From: Phoronis australis
Lineage: Eukaryota > Animalia > Phoronida
Assembly (NCBI GenBank): GCA_002633005.1
Contig: NMRA01000043.1
Location: 530,902 to 594,901, forward strand
Reading direction: 5' to 3'
Length of the DNA stretch: 64,000 nucleotides
Within the stretch, counting starts at the first letter, position 1. Each line of letters starts with the position of its first letter. The position numbers were made by a program, and so were the translations under genes. The notes under the pieces are model-generated. The model was not told the origin of the DNA. It worked only from the letters and a program-made list of their open reading frames with translations, and ran no database searches. Shown one piece after another: positions 25,144-38,016 of the stretch.

Positions 25144-26913
25144 AGGAGAATGCCACCCGATTTAATTAGTCTTTTTTACCGTTTTAATTGGTCTGTCTAT
25201 ATCCACATCACCTCATATACGGTCCTACCTCGTCGAGAGGTGTCGCGTTAACCTGTGAGGAAGGTGAGAAATGACACAGCGACGTCAGTAGTTCTTCAGC
25301 AGAGTGAGTGCCGCTTGTGCAAGCTGCGAGGAATGTGGGTGTATCGTTTTTTCAATTTCCTCGAGATCCCATAATGCTTTGGAAGTGGCTCGCAGTAGTG
25401 AAGAATGAAAAGTACGCCGTTAATACCATGTATGAGGCCGTGAAACTCTTCTCCGTGTCTCTGAGTAGCCTGCATTTTGTCGGATCTGTTGTTGATCAAT
25501 TTTTGATAATGGAGAATTGTAGTTGGCCATGAAAACTTAAACAATAACAATTAATTCAAGACTTGAAAACATAACGTTTTATACAACATATTTGATGACT
25601 GACTGGTTCGTGAGGTTTCTGTTTGGTCTTCTGGGTGAAGGATGTTTCCGCCAGTTCTTTTTCGCAGCTCTAAAAAAACGTCATAAGCACCTTTTTTAGA
25701 TACGGGGCAAAGTCAGGATGGTCCGTTGGGACACATCTGCGCTTCTCCAAGTATTCGTTTCACTTGCAGAATTTCGTGGCAGCAAACGCAAGCGGCAGTC
25801 ATTTCCATCATTGTGCTGTTAGCTCACTGACATCATGATGAGTCATTCAAACGGTTTTCGGAACTATCCATGTGTTCCGTTGTCTGTTTATTATTTCTTG
25901 ATTAGTGTATTCCTGTGAAACCTAACTATCGACCTGTGAAGACTTCATTGAATGAGCATTCGTCTAAGTCGGGATTGCGAGTTGCCATGTTGACGTTTTT
26001 ATTGTGCGTTCTGTTTCAAAATGAATTATTCTCACCCTAACAATGCTTTTATAAAACAAAGTCTGTCTCATTAGATACAATTTGTAATGTCTTGGAGTGT
26101 TCGTGAGTGCAAATGCTTTGAAAAGCCACCAATGAATAAATCACTGCATTACTGGCTTTAGATGCACAACTTTAGCTCTAACGGTTCTGTGAAAGGGTAA
26201 CCTGACTTCGCGGCCCCCGACGAGCTAGTAAGTAGATTTTCAGTTTCGCGGCTAATTCACCAAAATAATCGAGTGCACATTTTTTCTTTGGCTCATTAGT
26301 AAAATCTTTTTGTGACTGGAAGTTCAGTTTTCAACTTCAGCTGGTTTATGTTCGTGATGTCTTCAGTCCGGCCGCAATGGGCCTTATGGGGTTCCGAGCC
26401 ACTGGCAGGGATAGCAAGCATTTTGTGTGTTTAGAACTGAAGAAATCGCAAGTCTAAAATTACAAAAGGCAGTTATGTTCTCCTGTCTGTATTTCACGGA
26501 CGAATAATTTGAATTTATCTCCGAACAGACCCCAAACTCCCGCGACCCGACCTTGGTAAATTGGCCTACCGGACTTTGTAGGCTATGGAACGTTCAAATA
26601 CCTTAAAATCTGTAACAGCGAAATAAAATAACACATGTTTATTCAATAACTTGATGTTTTCGTAAGTGTTGTACGTCGAATTTTGATTATTTATTGGTGT
26701 AAAACGATGAGTTTTAAGCGATAAGCTGCCACCAGCAAGCGTGTTGTGAATTGGTGGACAGACTGCATTCAAACCTCTGATATCATTGGTTAATTTCAGC
26801 ACCTCTGTCTGCCATCAGGTGTCGGGTAAAAGAGCTGTACTTGCTGTTATCGAGTGGAACTTCTCGATCTAAATGGATACAAAATAGGTTGTTTTTTTGG
26901 GTGGCATTCTCCT
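25144..26913. mobile_element. Kolobok DNA transposon, non-autonomous, full TIR-to-TIR copy
   Basis: 15-bp TIRs AGGAGAATGCCACCC / GGGTGGCATTCTCCT with TTAG/TTAA flanks. THAP remnant on plus (GVSFFQFPRDPIMLWKWLAVVK, ~25340-25410). KolX/P2X7-C-terminal-like remnant on minus (RLNDSS*CQ*ANSTMMEMTAACVCCHEI, ~25870-25700). Confidence 0.88.
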
Positions 26914-27408
26914 TTAAGCCAACTTTCATGAAACAGTCCCAGTTATTGAATCATGTGCTGGGCCTATGTTAGTGATGCGTTGTTTGCGTCTAGTGTTGAT
27001 GCTGCAACAGCTGATTTTCCATCATGTTATTTTGGCCAATTGCAGTCGAAGCCATGCGGTGTGTAAAAGGTATGGTTGTGTCATTCAGGATCTGTGCTCA
27101 GGCAAACTTGCATTATTTCTAGTTTTAGAGCATAATTAGTCATGTGACATGTTAGCGGATCACATGAAAGCTGCGTCCAAGGCAGTGTCGTGTTTGGACA
27201 AACTGTGCCATGCAGTCATGGCCACATTAGTGCGCAGTAATTGCCACGTCATATGCATCAAGTATGAAATGAAGCACGTTATGTGCGTAGATTTAAAAGT
27301 GTGATTTTTGCAGTATATTTATTCTAAGTTATTTGAATAGGAAGCAAAGCACCAATAGTAAATTTTTTTTTTTGTTCACAGGTCCAAGCTGTATCTACTC
27401 GAGGCAAG

Positions 27409-28422
27409 ATGGCGGACGACACACAATATGTGATCGCCAAGTACGACTACAAAGCTCAGGATGTGGAGGAATTGGATATCCGAAAGAATGAGCGACTTGT
27501 CCTTCTGGACGACAGTAAGATTTGGTGGAAAGTGCAAAATGCCAAGAACCAGTCTGGCTTTGTGCCCTCCAACTATGTAAAACGATCAAGGCCTTCCATA
27601 TTAGCTAGTCTCAAAAACACTCTGAGGAAAAACAAAGGAGAGCAGAAATCGCCTTGCACCACGCCTCAGATGGCCAATCGAAATGGTAGTATAAATTCCA
27701 ACGAACAACAGAATGGTGAAGACTCGGCAGAGCAAGCAATTGTGAAATTTCCATATCAGGCAAAGGAAACGGATGAGATCTCATTAGTCAAGGCTGAACA
27801 GTTGGTTGTGTTGAAAAAGTCTTCGGATGGCTGGTGGAAGGGACGGAAGGCATCAAATGAGTGCGGTTGGTTCCCGGCCAACTATGTGATGGTCCTTGAA
27901 CGTGAGCAGGCTGATATTGTTGAGCCAACGTACTACTCAACACCTGCTGAGTCTAGTAGTCTTCGTGGTGACAGCCAAGAGGTTGTGGTGACACTATATG
28001 CGTTCACAGGCAACGCATCATCTGAGGAATTGAACTTTGACAAAGATGAACAGCTGGTGGTGATTGACAGGTCAGACCCCAACTGGTGGCGCTGTCGGAA
28101 CGCCCAGGGTGACGTGGGGTTGGTACCGCGCAACTATGTACAGGTACTAACGGAGGACAGTATGACGTCACCACATATTATGGGCACTCCCACGCACTCG
28201 CAGTCAACGACTAGCAGCTTTAGTGGTGGCCACCTTTCCAACGCTTCTCAGCAGGGGTTTGGTGAGGGTCTGGCCAGTGACTTTAAGCACAAGTTCAAAA
28301 TATCTGGCGAGTTTGCTGAGAAGGACTGGTTTTTTGGCAAGATCACGCGCCATGACTGCGAGGAGCTGCTGAACACACATGGGGAAAATGGTGACTTCCT
28401 GATACGAGAAAGTGAAACTAAT
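27409..28422 (+). CDS. NCK: Nck/dreadlocks adaptor, coding exon 1 (three SH3 domains and N-half of SH2)
   Basis: SH3 motifs [29 protein letters not shown] and [14 protein letters not shown]; SH2 [17 protein letters not shown]. Acceptor cacag at 27381; donor AAT|gtaagt at 28423. Confidence 0.97.
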
Positions 28423-31400
28423 GTAAGTAGAAACAACACAGTGTTATCAACGGATTATTACTTGGGAAGATTGGAAATGGGTCAAGAAATAATAAAGCTC
28501 TTGGGATGATCTCAGGCATTATGTCCAACATCTCATGAAAAAATTACAATTATTTGTATGTTCATATGGCTTTATATGTTTCAAGCAGTGGAAGCCATGT
28601 TTGTATTTATTCTTTAGCTTCATGACTTCCAACAGTATTTTGAAAAGCTGGATCCATGGAAGGTATTTATCATTAAAAATGCTGGGCTCAATCGCGATCT
28701 CATAGTGTGTTTTGCATCTTGGTGAAAATCCCAAGCCGACACGTGCACATCCGAGCACGTACTGAAAGTACTACAAGAAATGTAGGCGCCAGTTGGATTC
28801 ATTCGGGCAAAAAGTCCGAGCCACTTGTTTATGAGTTATATACACAGATGAGCCAGCGTGGAATTTTAGGCCAGAGAGACAGAATTGGTTATTACTAGTA
28901 CTTAGTACACACGAAACCCCTAACTTTGCGTTCGACTAAAAAAACTCCATTCGAGCATTTTGGTGCACCGGCGAACAGTTCAGATATTTCATTTTCAGCT
29001 GTTGCCGGCTATGCATCATTTGTAGGGACCAGGGCACTCACACTTCGGCGACCTCGGTTTCAATTTAGCAACCTGAGAATTTTTCTAGATTTCATTCAGC
29101 AAGTTGACGTTATGTTAATTGTTGAGCCCTGTGAAAATAAACTTCATTTCACCTCAACCCTCAAACAAGTCATTCTTAGTGCTTGACCGATTTCAAATTC
29201 TTTGATCTTTAAAACTATTAGTTGTCATGATAGTTGTTTTCTCAACCTAGTGTTAGCCTGTGTTTTGTGTTGATCAGCTTCAGAGTCAGTTTCACATAAT
29301 ACATTCAATTCCATGACCTTTGTGCTGTTAGCTGGATGTGATAGAAAACCATTATGTTTTATGAAAACACTTCAAAATGGCATTCAGGTCAGACGTACAA
29401 AATGAATTATATGCACCAACTGTGCTTGATGTTTAGCTGTTTTAATTACCTGAAGTAGCTACACCCTAGCCCGCACATGTGGAGTGCGTGGCCAAAGTTC
29501 ATTCAATTCCCTGGTAAAAGTACTCACTTAGTCTTGTTCAACAGTGTAGGCAAGTTAGTATAAATAATTACATGATTGACATTTGGCAACTTTGGCATGA
29601 ATGCGTGTTGTTCGTTGGAGGAATTCAGCTTGATAAATCATTCATATCTTGATCATTAGTATGCCTAATTAAGCTTTGTCACCTTGGTGTAATATATCAG
29701 TGATGAGTACTTAGCCCATTGGTTCACTCGCCAACATAGCTAAAAGGGTACTGGATGCGTGGAAGCTCACTTGATGGTCGCCGAGATGGCCAGCGAGTTT
29801 TCAGAGCTGTTAGGCACTTATCGTTTCTCTGCTTTGTGTTCAAAGAAACCCATATTCTCCTTAGTGTCATGTTTTTAATTGACTATTAGCCTTGTCTGAT
29901 GCATCATTCGAAATAATTTCGTTTCAGTTAATTTTCAAAACAGTAAAGGCATGGAAACTAAATTTTGAGTTGTACTGCCTTGTTGTTGCATATGAATCAG
30001 CAACACTGCATCGTTTTTCATGGGCGCTCTACATAGTCTCGTAATTGGAAACGGTACATACCACTAGTCATATATGAACTTCCTTTTTGGGCGACAACAA
30101 GTTTAGTTTTTAAAGCAATCAATTCTTTCGTTGCAGTTTTGATGTTTACTCGGTTCCAAAATTTCAGACAGGCATGGTGAGGTCACAAGAAACTTTTCGA
30201 ATGACCTATTTTTCAAATATGGCATATGAAGATTGATTTCTTAATTATGTCATTCAAACTAAGTCAAAGAGTATCTGCGTATATAACGGGCCCCGCCCTC
30301 AGCCCCATCCTCAATCCCGCTCTCCGCCAAGTGCTGCCACTTTATACTTTTTGGAAGTATATTTTTTGTGGCATAAATCATAACGTATACTTTTTCCATA
30401 CTTTTTGGGTGTTCCTATTTTTGTTGCTTTCAGTCTCCAGTCTCGTTATTGGTATAGCATTACTCATTAACAGTGCTGATCAACAGAGTCCAATAAGAGA
30501 TAAAGCCACAGATGCCAAAAACAAAACTGCCATTAGGAGCTACCACAGTAGTTAAAGCTGCTCATGCCAAATTTAATAAAGATCTTGCACAAGCAGAAAA
30601 ATGCCACTAGGAGTGCCACAGTAGTTGGAGCTGCCTGAAGGTCTTAGCCAGCTGTAACGGCAAAATTATACTTTTTTCGTGACAACTTGAATACTTTTTT
30701 CAATTTTGGTGAGTGGCCACACTGGCATCCCCACCCTCAGCCCCTAAAGTGTAGTCTGGGTAGATCCTTATATTTTTGCTGTCTTGGAAAAATTGTTTGT
30801 CAGCCATTAAATGTGGTTTATCACTGTTGTTTGGTAGCTTCATCCTGGAAGGGCTCATTTAATTTACCTCAAATCAATAGCATTCCATATGGCTTTTGAA
30901 GTTGATGATGTCAGTGTTCCAGGAACTAAAAATAAACCCAATCAAGAGCTTTGTTTATTGCTGGCTGAATTGACTGGTGATTGATCAATTAGCCAAACAC
31001 ATCCAACTTGTGAGTTGGCAATGTTTGTTTTGTTGGCCTTTACTTTTGTTTATGGGGGATTTTTCATAGGTGAAAGTTGACAATATCATGCCCTGGCTCT
31101 GTGTTGCTTGTATACTAAGTAGCTGTACTAAAGGTCAATAGGAATGCCTACCAGAATACTGTAGTGTTTTTATACACTTGATGAAGGGAAGAAACACTAA
31201 ATAGCAGTTTTAGTATGTTATCTTCTGGGGTTCTTGTTCAGCACTGCCTTCCAAGTGTTCTAAGTTGTTATGATTCTACATGTGTAGCATAGTGATGGGC
31301 TGTAATAAAATAGGTCAAGTTGTTATGACTGTTGAGTAAGAGCTGCTGGTTACTGGTGTCAAGTGAGACTCTTTGCTGGTCTTGAGTTTGTGGTCATTTC

Positions 31401-32905
31401 CGCTGCCTGACCATCTCTTTGTGTCAGGACTCCAGCAACTAGATACACCCTTACTAATGACAGCTTGTTAGATGACTCACTCTTCAGTCATCTTGTACAG
31501 GTCTGATGTGGAAATGAAGAACTCCCCCAAGTCTTGTAGAAAGTGATACAAGTCACTGTGGAACTTTTGTCCTCTGGCGATGGGGGAGAGGGGGGAGGTC
31601 TCTGCCATATGACTGCAGACATGGGTTAGAGTTCACATCACTGACATGGTGCATGTCAACATGGTGCCTCGTCACAGGATATTGTGGTTAACAAACTAAT
31701 TCTTAGTCTATTTAGCACATGATAATGGTGCACACAAGTCGAACATGAAGTCGGATATTCAGTTTCTGAAAAATAGATACATGACAGTTATTTTTGGTCA
31801 TCTGCCTCAAGCCCATCTTCAGGGAAATTTGGGAGCCATGGTATTGCAGACTGTGTTCTGTGCAAAATGGGGATGTTAGAGAATATGTTGTGTGCTGCAG
31901 GCATTGTGTTTTGGTAATGAGATACACTGCAGCAGGTACCCTGTTGGATCTGGTCAAGCACCACATGGGCTTAGGCGGCTACTGAACTGATGTGCCACTA
32001 TTCAGAATGAACTACCAAATTTGTCACTGTCCAGCCTTCAAATAAAATTTGTCACTTAGTATAGAGTTGCGATGTATGCAAAGAAATCTATCCCAACTCC
32101 TGAAATTGTAGTGCCATGGTTTTGTCTTGCTGTACATTCACTTATTTTAGTATCAAACAAGGTATAGAAGGATGATTTGAGTAAAAGAACACTATGCTAA
32201 TGTTGTGCTTTGTTTTGTTTCAATGTACTGTGAACATTTTGTCAGAGTTCAAGGATTAGTTGCTTTGTCATCCAGGTCTTGTGACTGATGACATCACTGA
32301 GACTGGAAATTTGTTGTTGCCTGGCCCAAGTTCTTGACAACAGAGATAGCAGCCATCTAAACTGTAACTCATAGAATGAAGTTGAACAGTAGTTGTATTT
32401 GTTTGCAATATGCAACAGTAATACCTGAGTGACCGAGATCCTTGACTAGGTAACATTTTGTTGTTCTGCAAACATGTGGTCTATTGGATATTAAGTCTTC
32501 ACTTATAGCGTGGTACCAAAGGTGACAAGTTAAGTGAAGAAGCTTGTGTATCAGTTGTCAGGGTCTGTTACCAAACTGGACGTGGCTTGCATGTCAAAAT
32601 CATACAACTGCATTTTAGAAGCTGCATACTTCTCAGCCCATTTCTGTACCCAAGATAATCGAGCTTGGCTGAGACTCAACTCTTGTCTCAAAAATTGATT
32701 GCATGTCACTGTTGGTAGTGAATTTTCAAATTTCATACTATAGATATGATTTGTCATATTCAAGTCGAGCTTCCAGTAAAGTTTGGTAGTCTCTGGACCT
32801 GTTCTTGTCTTGAGTCAATAATTGTGATTAGCACAAGTGCTGTGACCTAAATATTTGAGTATTCGTTTCCTACTTCATTCTAAGTTGACGTTGACTATTT
32901 TTCAG

Positions 32906-33109
32906 GTTGGAGATTACACAGTCACTCTCAAGGCACCCAATCGCAACAAACACTTCCGCGTTAAATGGAACGATGGTCGCTACTGCATAGGTCAGCAGAG
33001 CTTTGAAACGTTGGACGATCTGGTTGACCACTACATACGACATCCAATTTATAAACATGACGACGAACGGTTGTTCCTAATAAAACCTTTCGTATATGTA
33101 GAACCATGA
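32906..33109 (+). CDS. NCK: Nck, last coding exon (C-half of SH2)
   Basis: Acceptor ttttcag|, phase 0: VGDYTVTLKAPNRNKHFRV...DLVDHYIRHPIY..RLFLIKPF. Total CDS 1218 nt (405 aa). Confidence 0.97.
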   Translation, partial: VGDYTVTLKAPNRNKHFRVKWNDGRYCIGQQSFETLDDLVDHYIRHPIYKHDDERLFLIKPFVYVEP

Positions 33110-34484
33110 CAATGACCATGGATTTGGGAAAAGAGAGTAGCATATTTAAAAATTATGTATCTGTTCTGAAACAAATTCTGTGCGAGGCCGAGCAGTTGAC
33201 AAACAACGGGAAGCAGTTATCTTAAGCTGCTCTGAACGAAATTGTTAATATTTATCAAAATGTGACATTGATGCTGTGTATGTGATCGACTATTTTTGGA
33301 AGATTAATTTTTTGTAAGGAAGGACAATGTCAGTGGAATTTCAAATGGTTATGTTGTTTTCTCTGTTAGTGAACATAGAAGTAAGGTTGTAAAATAGTTA
33401 TTTATGATTTGATCAAGAGGAATTGTGTGAAGAATCACATTGTTAATTATTGTGAGAAGAATCACTCCGTTTATTATTTAGCTGCTGTTCTGTTATGTAC
33501 CTTACTAATTTCACTAACTTGTGACTTTTCTTTTCTGTGGTAAAAAGGCAAGAATTCAAAATACATTTACATTGGTTTCATTGACCATCCCATAAGAGAA
33601 GATAAGTAGCTCCCGTGCTGCCAAAGCTTGTTTCTGTGTGACTGCAAAGTGATTTTGAAAATGAGTTTTCAGTTACCCCGTTAGCTTAATTTGAACTATG
33701 AATAGTCAGCGGTTAGTTCGTTTCCTCACCACATGGATCGCTGTAATGGGAAAAATAGTGTCAAAGCAGGCTCATTCTCATCATTGAAGATTGATGCAAC
33801 AATAAATACTCTCCTCCTTCGCCTCCGCGAACTTGTCCTTGAAGTAAGCGATCTGGCTACAAAAGTGCCGGATGAAAACCTTCAGTTTTGGAGTAACTCG
33901 TCCTGGCGACAAAGCATTGGCTATAGTGACACTTAAATCCATTGGCATTACTGGCGTTTTCAGCAGTTGATGAACAGGATTTTGTTATTACAAGTGGGTG
34001 GCATGTTCTACTCAGCTATCTGAATTGAGTGTTGGAACTAATATTATGTTAGCTGTGCTTTTGTGGTACTAGACTTTCAACACATGTATTGTAAGGAAAT
34101 GGGATTTTCCCTCAAATTTCTGCTTAATGATGCCTTGTGTTGGCTGGCCTATTTACTGGGCTGGGTGTTATCAGAATATTTTGTATCTCCACATGTCCTA
34201 TAGATCTAGTCTAAGATTAACTATCGTACATGATAAAAGACTTAATTTCTTCAATATTTGGACTTCCATTTTTGGACAATGCTGTTTTATCTAAGGCCAT
34301 ATCCCCGGTAATAACTGAGACGTTCGTCTGGAAGTCATTGAGAATGTGACTTTGTTTTCTATGAGAGCATTGTATTGTTACTGGCATTAACTTTTTTAGT
34401 GTTGATATTCACATGTAACTACCAAAGAGGGGGAGTATGGCTTTGGACAAAATGGGTCTTTATACCATTTTTGTCATTGAAGTT

Positions 34485-34940
34485 ACTTAAGCTGGATTCT
34501 AGTTCAGCAAAGATAATACTTTTGCGCATCTGATAATGTTTGAATAAATCCCTTGCATTTTTTTTTAAATTTGTTCATGAAGGAATTTTATTTCTCTACA
34601 AGTTTCAGTCCATGTTGTTGATTTTTTAAGCTTGGGGAAATAAGGTTGTGACATTAGCTATACTGTGTCATGTTGAAAGATAAGAATCCTTCTGCATAGT
34701 GTTCATCAAGTCACTTAAGCTGGATTCTAGTTCAGCAAAGATAATACTTTTGCGCATCTGATAATGTTTGAATAAATCCCTTGCATTTTTTTTTAATTTG
34801 TTCATGAAGGAATTTTATTTCTCTACAAGTTTCAGTCCATGTTGTTGATTTTTTAAGCTTGGGGAAATAAGGTTGTGACATTAGCTATACTGTGTCATGT
34901 TGAAAGATAAGAATCCTTCTGCATAGTGTTCATCAAGTCA
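34485..34940. repeat. Near-perfect 228-bp tandem duplication in the probable Nck 3' UTR
   Basis: ACTTAAGCTGGATTCTAG...CATCAAGTC starts at both 34485 and 34713. Confidence 0.95.
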
Positions 34941-36087
34941 CATTGATTTGGTGATAATCTGTCATTGTTGTGATGATATTTTGCTTTATTTAAATTTGTT
35001 TCCTTTCCAGAATTTTGTGTCATCTCACTGATAATTTGTTAAAAAATGAGTGTCAGATTTACATTTGGTACATCTGTAACTTCCTTTTAGCATGGACAGA
35101 ATTCTAGGATATTCGTTATCAAAGCAAGTATTGAACCTGCTTTTAAAGTTTTGCATGTACAGGTTTTTACCTGTCGACTAGAGGGTAACTTGAGCCATCG
35201 GTCTTGCGTGATTAATGACCAATGCTTTGTTGTTAATGTTGACCACTCATCCAAATTAGTTAACCATGAAAATGATGCACCCCAGTATTGTTTCCAGTGA
35301 CGACTTTATCCTCGTGTATTCTATGAAGCTTATGGGAAGAAGGCAGGCTATTGTTTTAAAAAGTAGTGTAAAGTAGTCGATCTTCTAAGAGGCTGTCGGT
35401 ATGTAACAACTCTGTGTCCAGTATTTTTTTGTCTATAGGATGAGTTATTAGTCTGTGGGTGAAATAAACAACTACATGCTCCCTCACAACCCCTTGTGTA
35501 CTAGAAAAATAGTTTGATCCAAAACATTTGTAACGTTGCATCTATTTTCATTTTTCCAAATCATCTTGGATTAATATATGTCCCACTGCCTATAATTGTT
35601 CAGTGCCCTGTGTGTGTATGCACACCAAGCATGAGTTGACCATACTTTGTTGGGAGATTCTTGAGAACCTGCCAAAAGTCTAGCCATACCCTAGACTGGT
35701 GTGTATCTTGGCTATTGGTACCTACTTACATGCACTTCACAGTGACCCATCAGTGAAGTTCTAATATGGTAGATGTGTTGCTTGTGTACCTTGATTGTTG
35801 CTAATTTCTTTGTAAGACTGTTATACACTAGTGTCTGGTCAACTATTTTCTATGCTCTGTTCATTGTTGTAATTGTTGTTTGCTAAATACAGAAAGTACA
35901 AAGTAGTGAATGTTGTATTTGTCACAGCTACACATCACCTTGGATTGTTTGGGCTTGATTTTTTTTCCGTATGTCACGTGCAGAACGTTTTGTGCCAAAT
36001 TTTAATGCCCATTCAACCCTGATTTTCCTGGTTTTGCACAGGGTTGGTCAAGTTTGTTATGAATCTGTTGTAGCAGTTTTCTCTGTA

Positions 36088-36093
36088 AATAAA
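36088..36093 (+). terminator. Candidate Nck polyadenylation signal
   Basis: AATAAA at the end of a ~3 kb T/G-skewed UTR-like tract, before the NXT promoter. Confidence 0.35.
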
Positions 36094-36849
36094 AGTGTCT
36101 GATTCACCAGGTAGTTGCAGCCACTGCTGCAATGAAACTACTTTCAAAGTGATTTGCAGTCTAAAGTTCACACTCATATTTGTGGTAGCTTAGTTGTATA
36201 CTGTAAAACCCAGCATACTAGCCCATTGGCTAAAATATATGTGGTACAGTATGTAGTCAAATATCAGGACTTGTGTTTTGAATTTCTCAGAAGAAACTGT
36301 TGTTTTGCCATTTTGAACTTTGCCAATCCATGATGATTTGTGTTTTTTCATGGTATGAGCTTTTTCCTTTTATCCAGTAAATGTTTTATAACATCCTTTG
36401 ACTGCACGGTGATTAAGTTAATTTGCTAGTTGAAAAATGCTACTCACCCATGGGTGTGTATATAATATATAATAATATGTTTAGCCACGTGTAATTATCA
36501 TGTAAAGCCCGATCGTTGGCTTCTGTATGTTTGCAACTAGATCGAGTACAGTGACAGAAAAGCTAATGCATTTATTACATTTTCATCAGTAACAGTTATG
36601 CAAATTCAGGACACAATCGAAGTTTTGTGTAAGGCACCTCGTTGATAGATTTGCGTACATAAAACTGCTCTAACCGCGTGCTGTTGTCCAACAGCTACGT
36701 GTATGACCGTATGACCCTCTCTGGTTTCTCGTTTGACAATATCAAATAGTTTTCAATTCAATTTTATTCAAATCTAAAGTCTCCCAGTATGTGTGAAAAT
36801 ATAAATAGTTTTTTTCCAAAACTAGTTGCAACTTTTTATGGTTAAAATT

Positions 36850-36945
36850 GAAAGACGTCAGGTGTGAAAAGGATTACGCACAATTCAATAGGTGTTTCCC
36901 CCAAGAAGGGGATTTCCATCTCAGGTCACGTGACAAAATGGCGCT
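36850..36945 (+). promoter_or_regulatory. NXT proximal promoter / 5' UTR motifs
   Basis: GACGTCA (CRE-like), palindromic GTCACGTGAC (USF/TFE-type E-box, 36925-36934) and AAAATGGCG (YY1-type) overlapping the start codon. Confidence 0.55.
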
Positions 36946-36949
36946 GGAT
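36938..36949 (+). CDS. NXT: NTF2-related export protein (NXT/p15), exon 1 (MALD)
   Basis: aaaATGGCGCTGGAT|gtaagt, phase 0, joins exon 2 in frame. Confidence 0.8.
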
Positions 36950-37781
36950 GTAAGTTGTCCCGGTCGGTATGATCATGCTGTATTTTTCTTATTTCTTGTC
37001 TTCATCAAACCCATTTGTTTCTTTGTGACACGTTGCTTAGCATCGCTAAAGCTTTGAAACACGTTGAAGCTGACTCTGTGATTAATGTCTTTCTCGGTAA
37101 TTGCGTGATTATCGGTTGTGCACAAACAACGTTCATGATGAAAAATTCTGACAAGTTTGCCATTTTTATTTTTGGCTTTTGCTCTTCTGAACGGCATTGG
37201 TTGGATGTAGCGGTCCCGGATTTAGAGAACCAGTTTCATTCACTAAGTAATTATTGCGATATTTTATTTTGCTAATAACGATAACAAGGACAATCACTTT
37301 ATTTTTATGTGTTTTCACTGATATTTCAGTATAAAATAATCTTGGCTACACGGTGAAGTCAGTTCCAAGAAATATGGTATTTCACTTTGCTGCGAGCACA
37401 TGGACCGCTCTAACGCCCTCCTTCGTTTCGGACTAGTCCACCTTTGTGCAGGACCCACCCTAATATGTCACACTCACTGTGACCTTTTGTTTAGAGAAAT
37501 CGCATTACGGTTAACATCTACAAACTTGGTAGGAGCGCATTGCGCTGATGTTTTCTACTGCCGGAGCACTGACACACGGACCAAATTTAACCTCAAATTC
37601 AAAAAACAGCACAGGGAGGAGAAAATTTATTCATTTTCATCTGGGAAACGATGGAGTGCTTTTGTGCTCTGAAAATTCACTTGGGCGACTGGCAAGTGAA
37701 CTTCTACTCGCCCAGCACCATTTTTACTCGCATTGGCAATTGGGCGAGTGGCTAAGTATATCCCTGTCACTCTGCATTTAA

Positions 37782-37883
37782 AGGAGAATGCCATCCAAAA
37801 AACAACCTATTTTGTATCAATTTAGATCGAGTAGTTCCAGCAAAACAGTTCTTTTACCGACACCTAAACGGCAGACAGAGGTG
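37782..37883 (-). mobile_element. Terminal fragment of the same Kolobok family as 25144-26913
   Basis: TTAA|AGGAGAATGCCATCCAAAAAACAACCTATTTTGTATC... is the reverse complement of ~26800-26913. Confidence 0.85.
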
Positions 37884-37900
37884 TAGCCAGCCAGCTAGCT

Positions 37901-38016
37901 GTATGATGACTATCCAGAGTGATGTATGATGACTATCCAGAGTGATGTATGATGACTATCCAGAGTGATGTATGATGACTATCCAGAGTGATGTATGATG
38001 ACTATCCAGAGCGATG
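37901..38016. repeat. Minisatellite, 23-bp unit x5
   Basis: GTATGATGACTATCCAGAGTGAT in tandem. Confidence 0.95.

Noticed and set aside
25700-25870. In-frame TGA codons at Trp/Cys positions in the KolX remnant (possible selenocysteine or recoding)
   Set aside because: The same frame also has TAG/TAA stops and frameshifts, which indicates ordinary transposon decay.
28423-28509. Treating ORF 27409-28509 as a single-exon complete gene
   Set aside because: The SH2 domain is split by a canonical intron (28423-32905) and completed by exon 32906-33109.
37901-38016. Regular repeats resembling a CRISPR array or C/D snoRNA boxes (ATGATGA)
   Set aside because: Head-to-tail units with no spacers, no paired D box with terminal stem, and a eukaryotic context.
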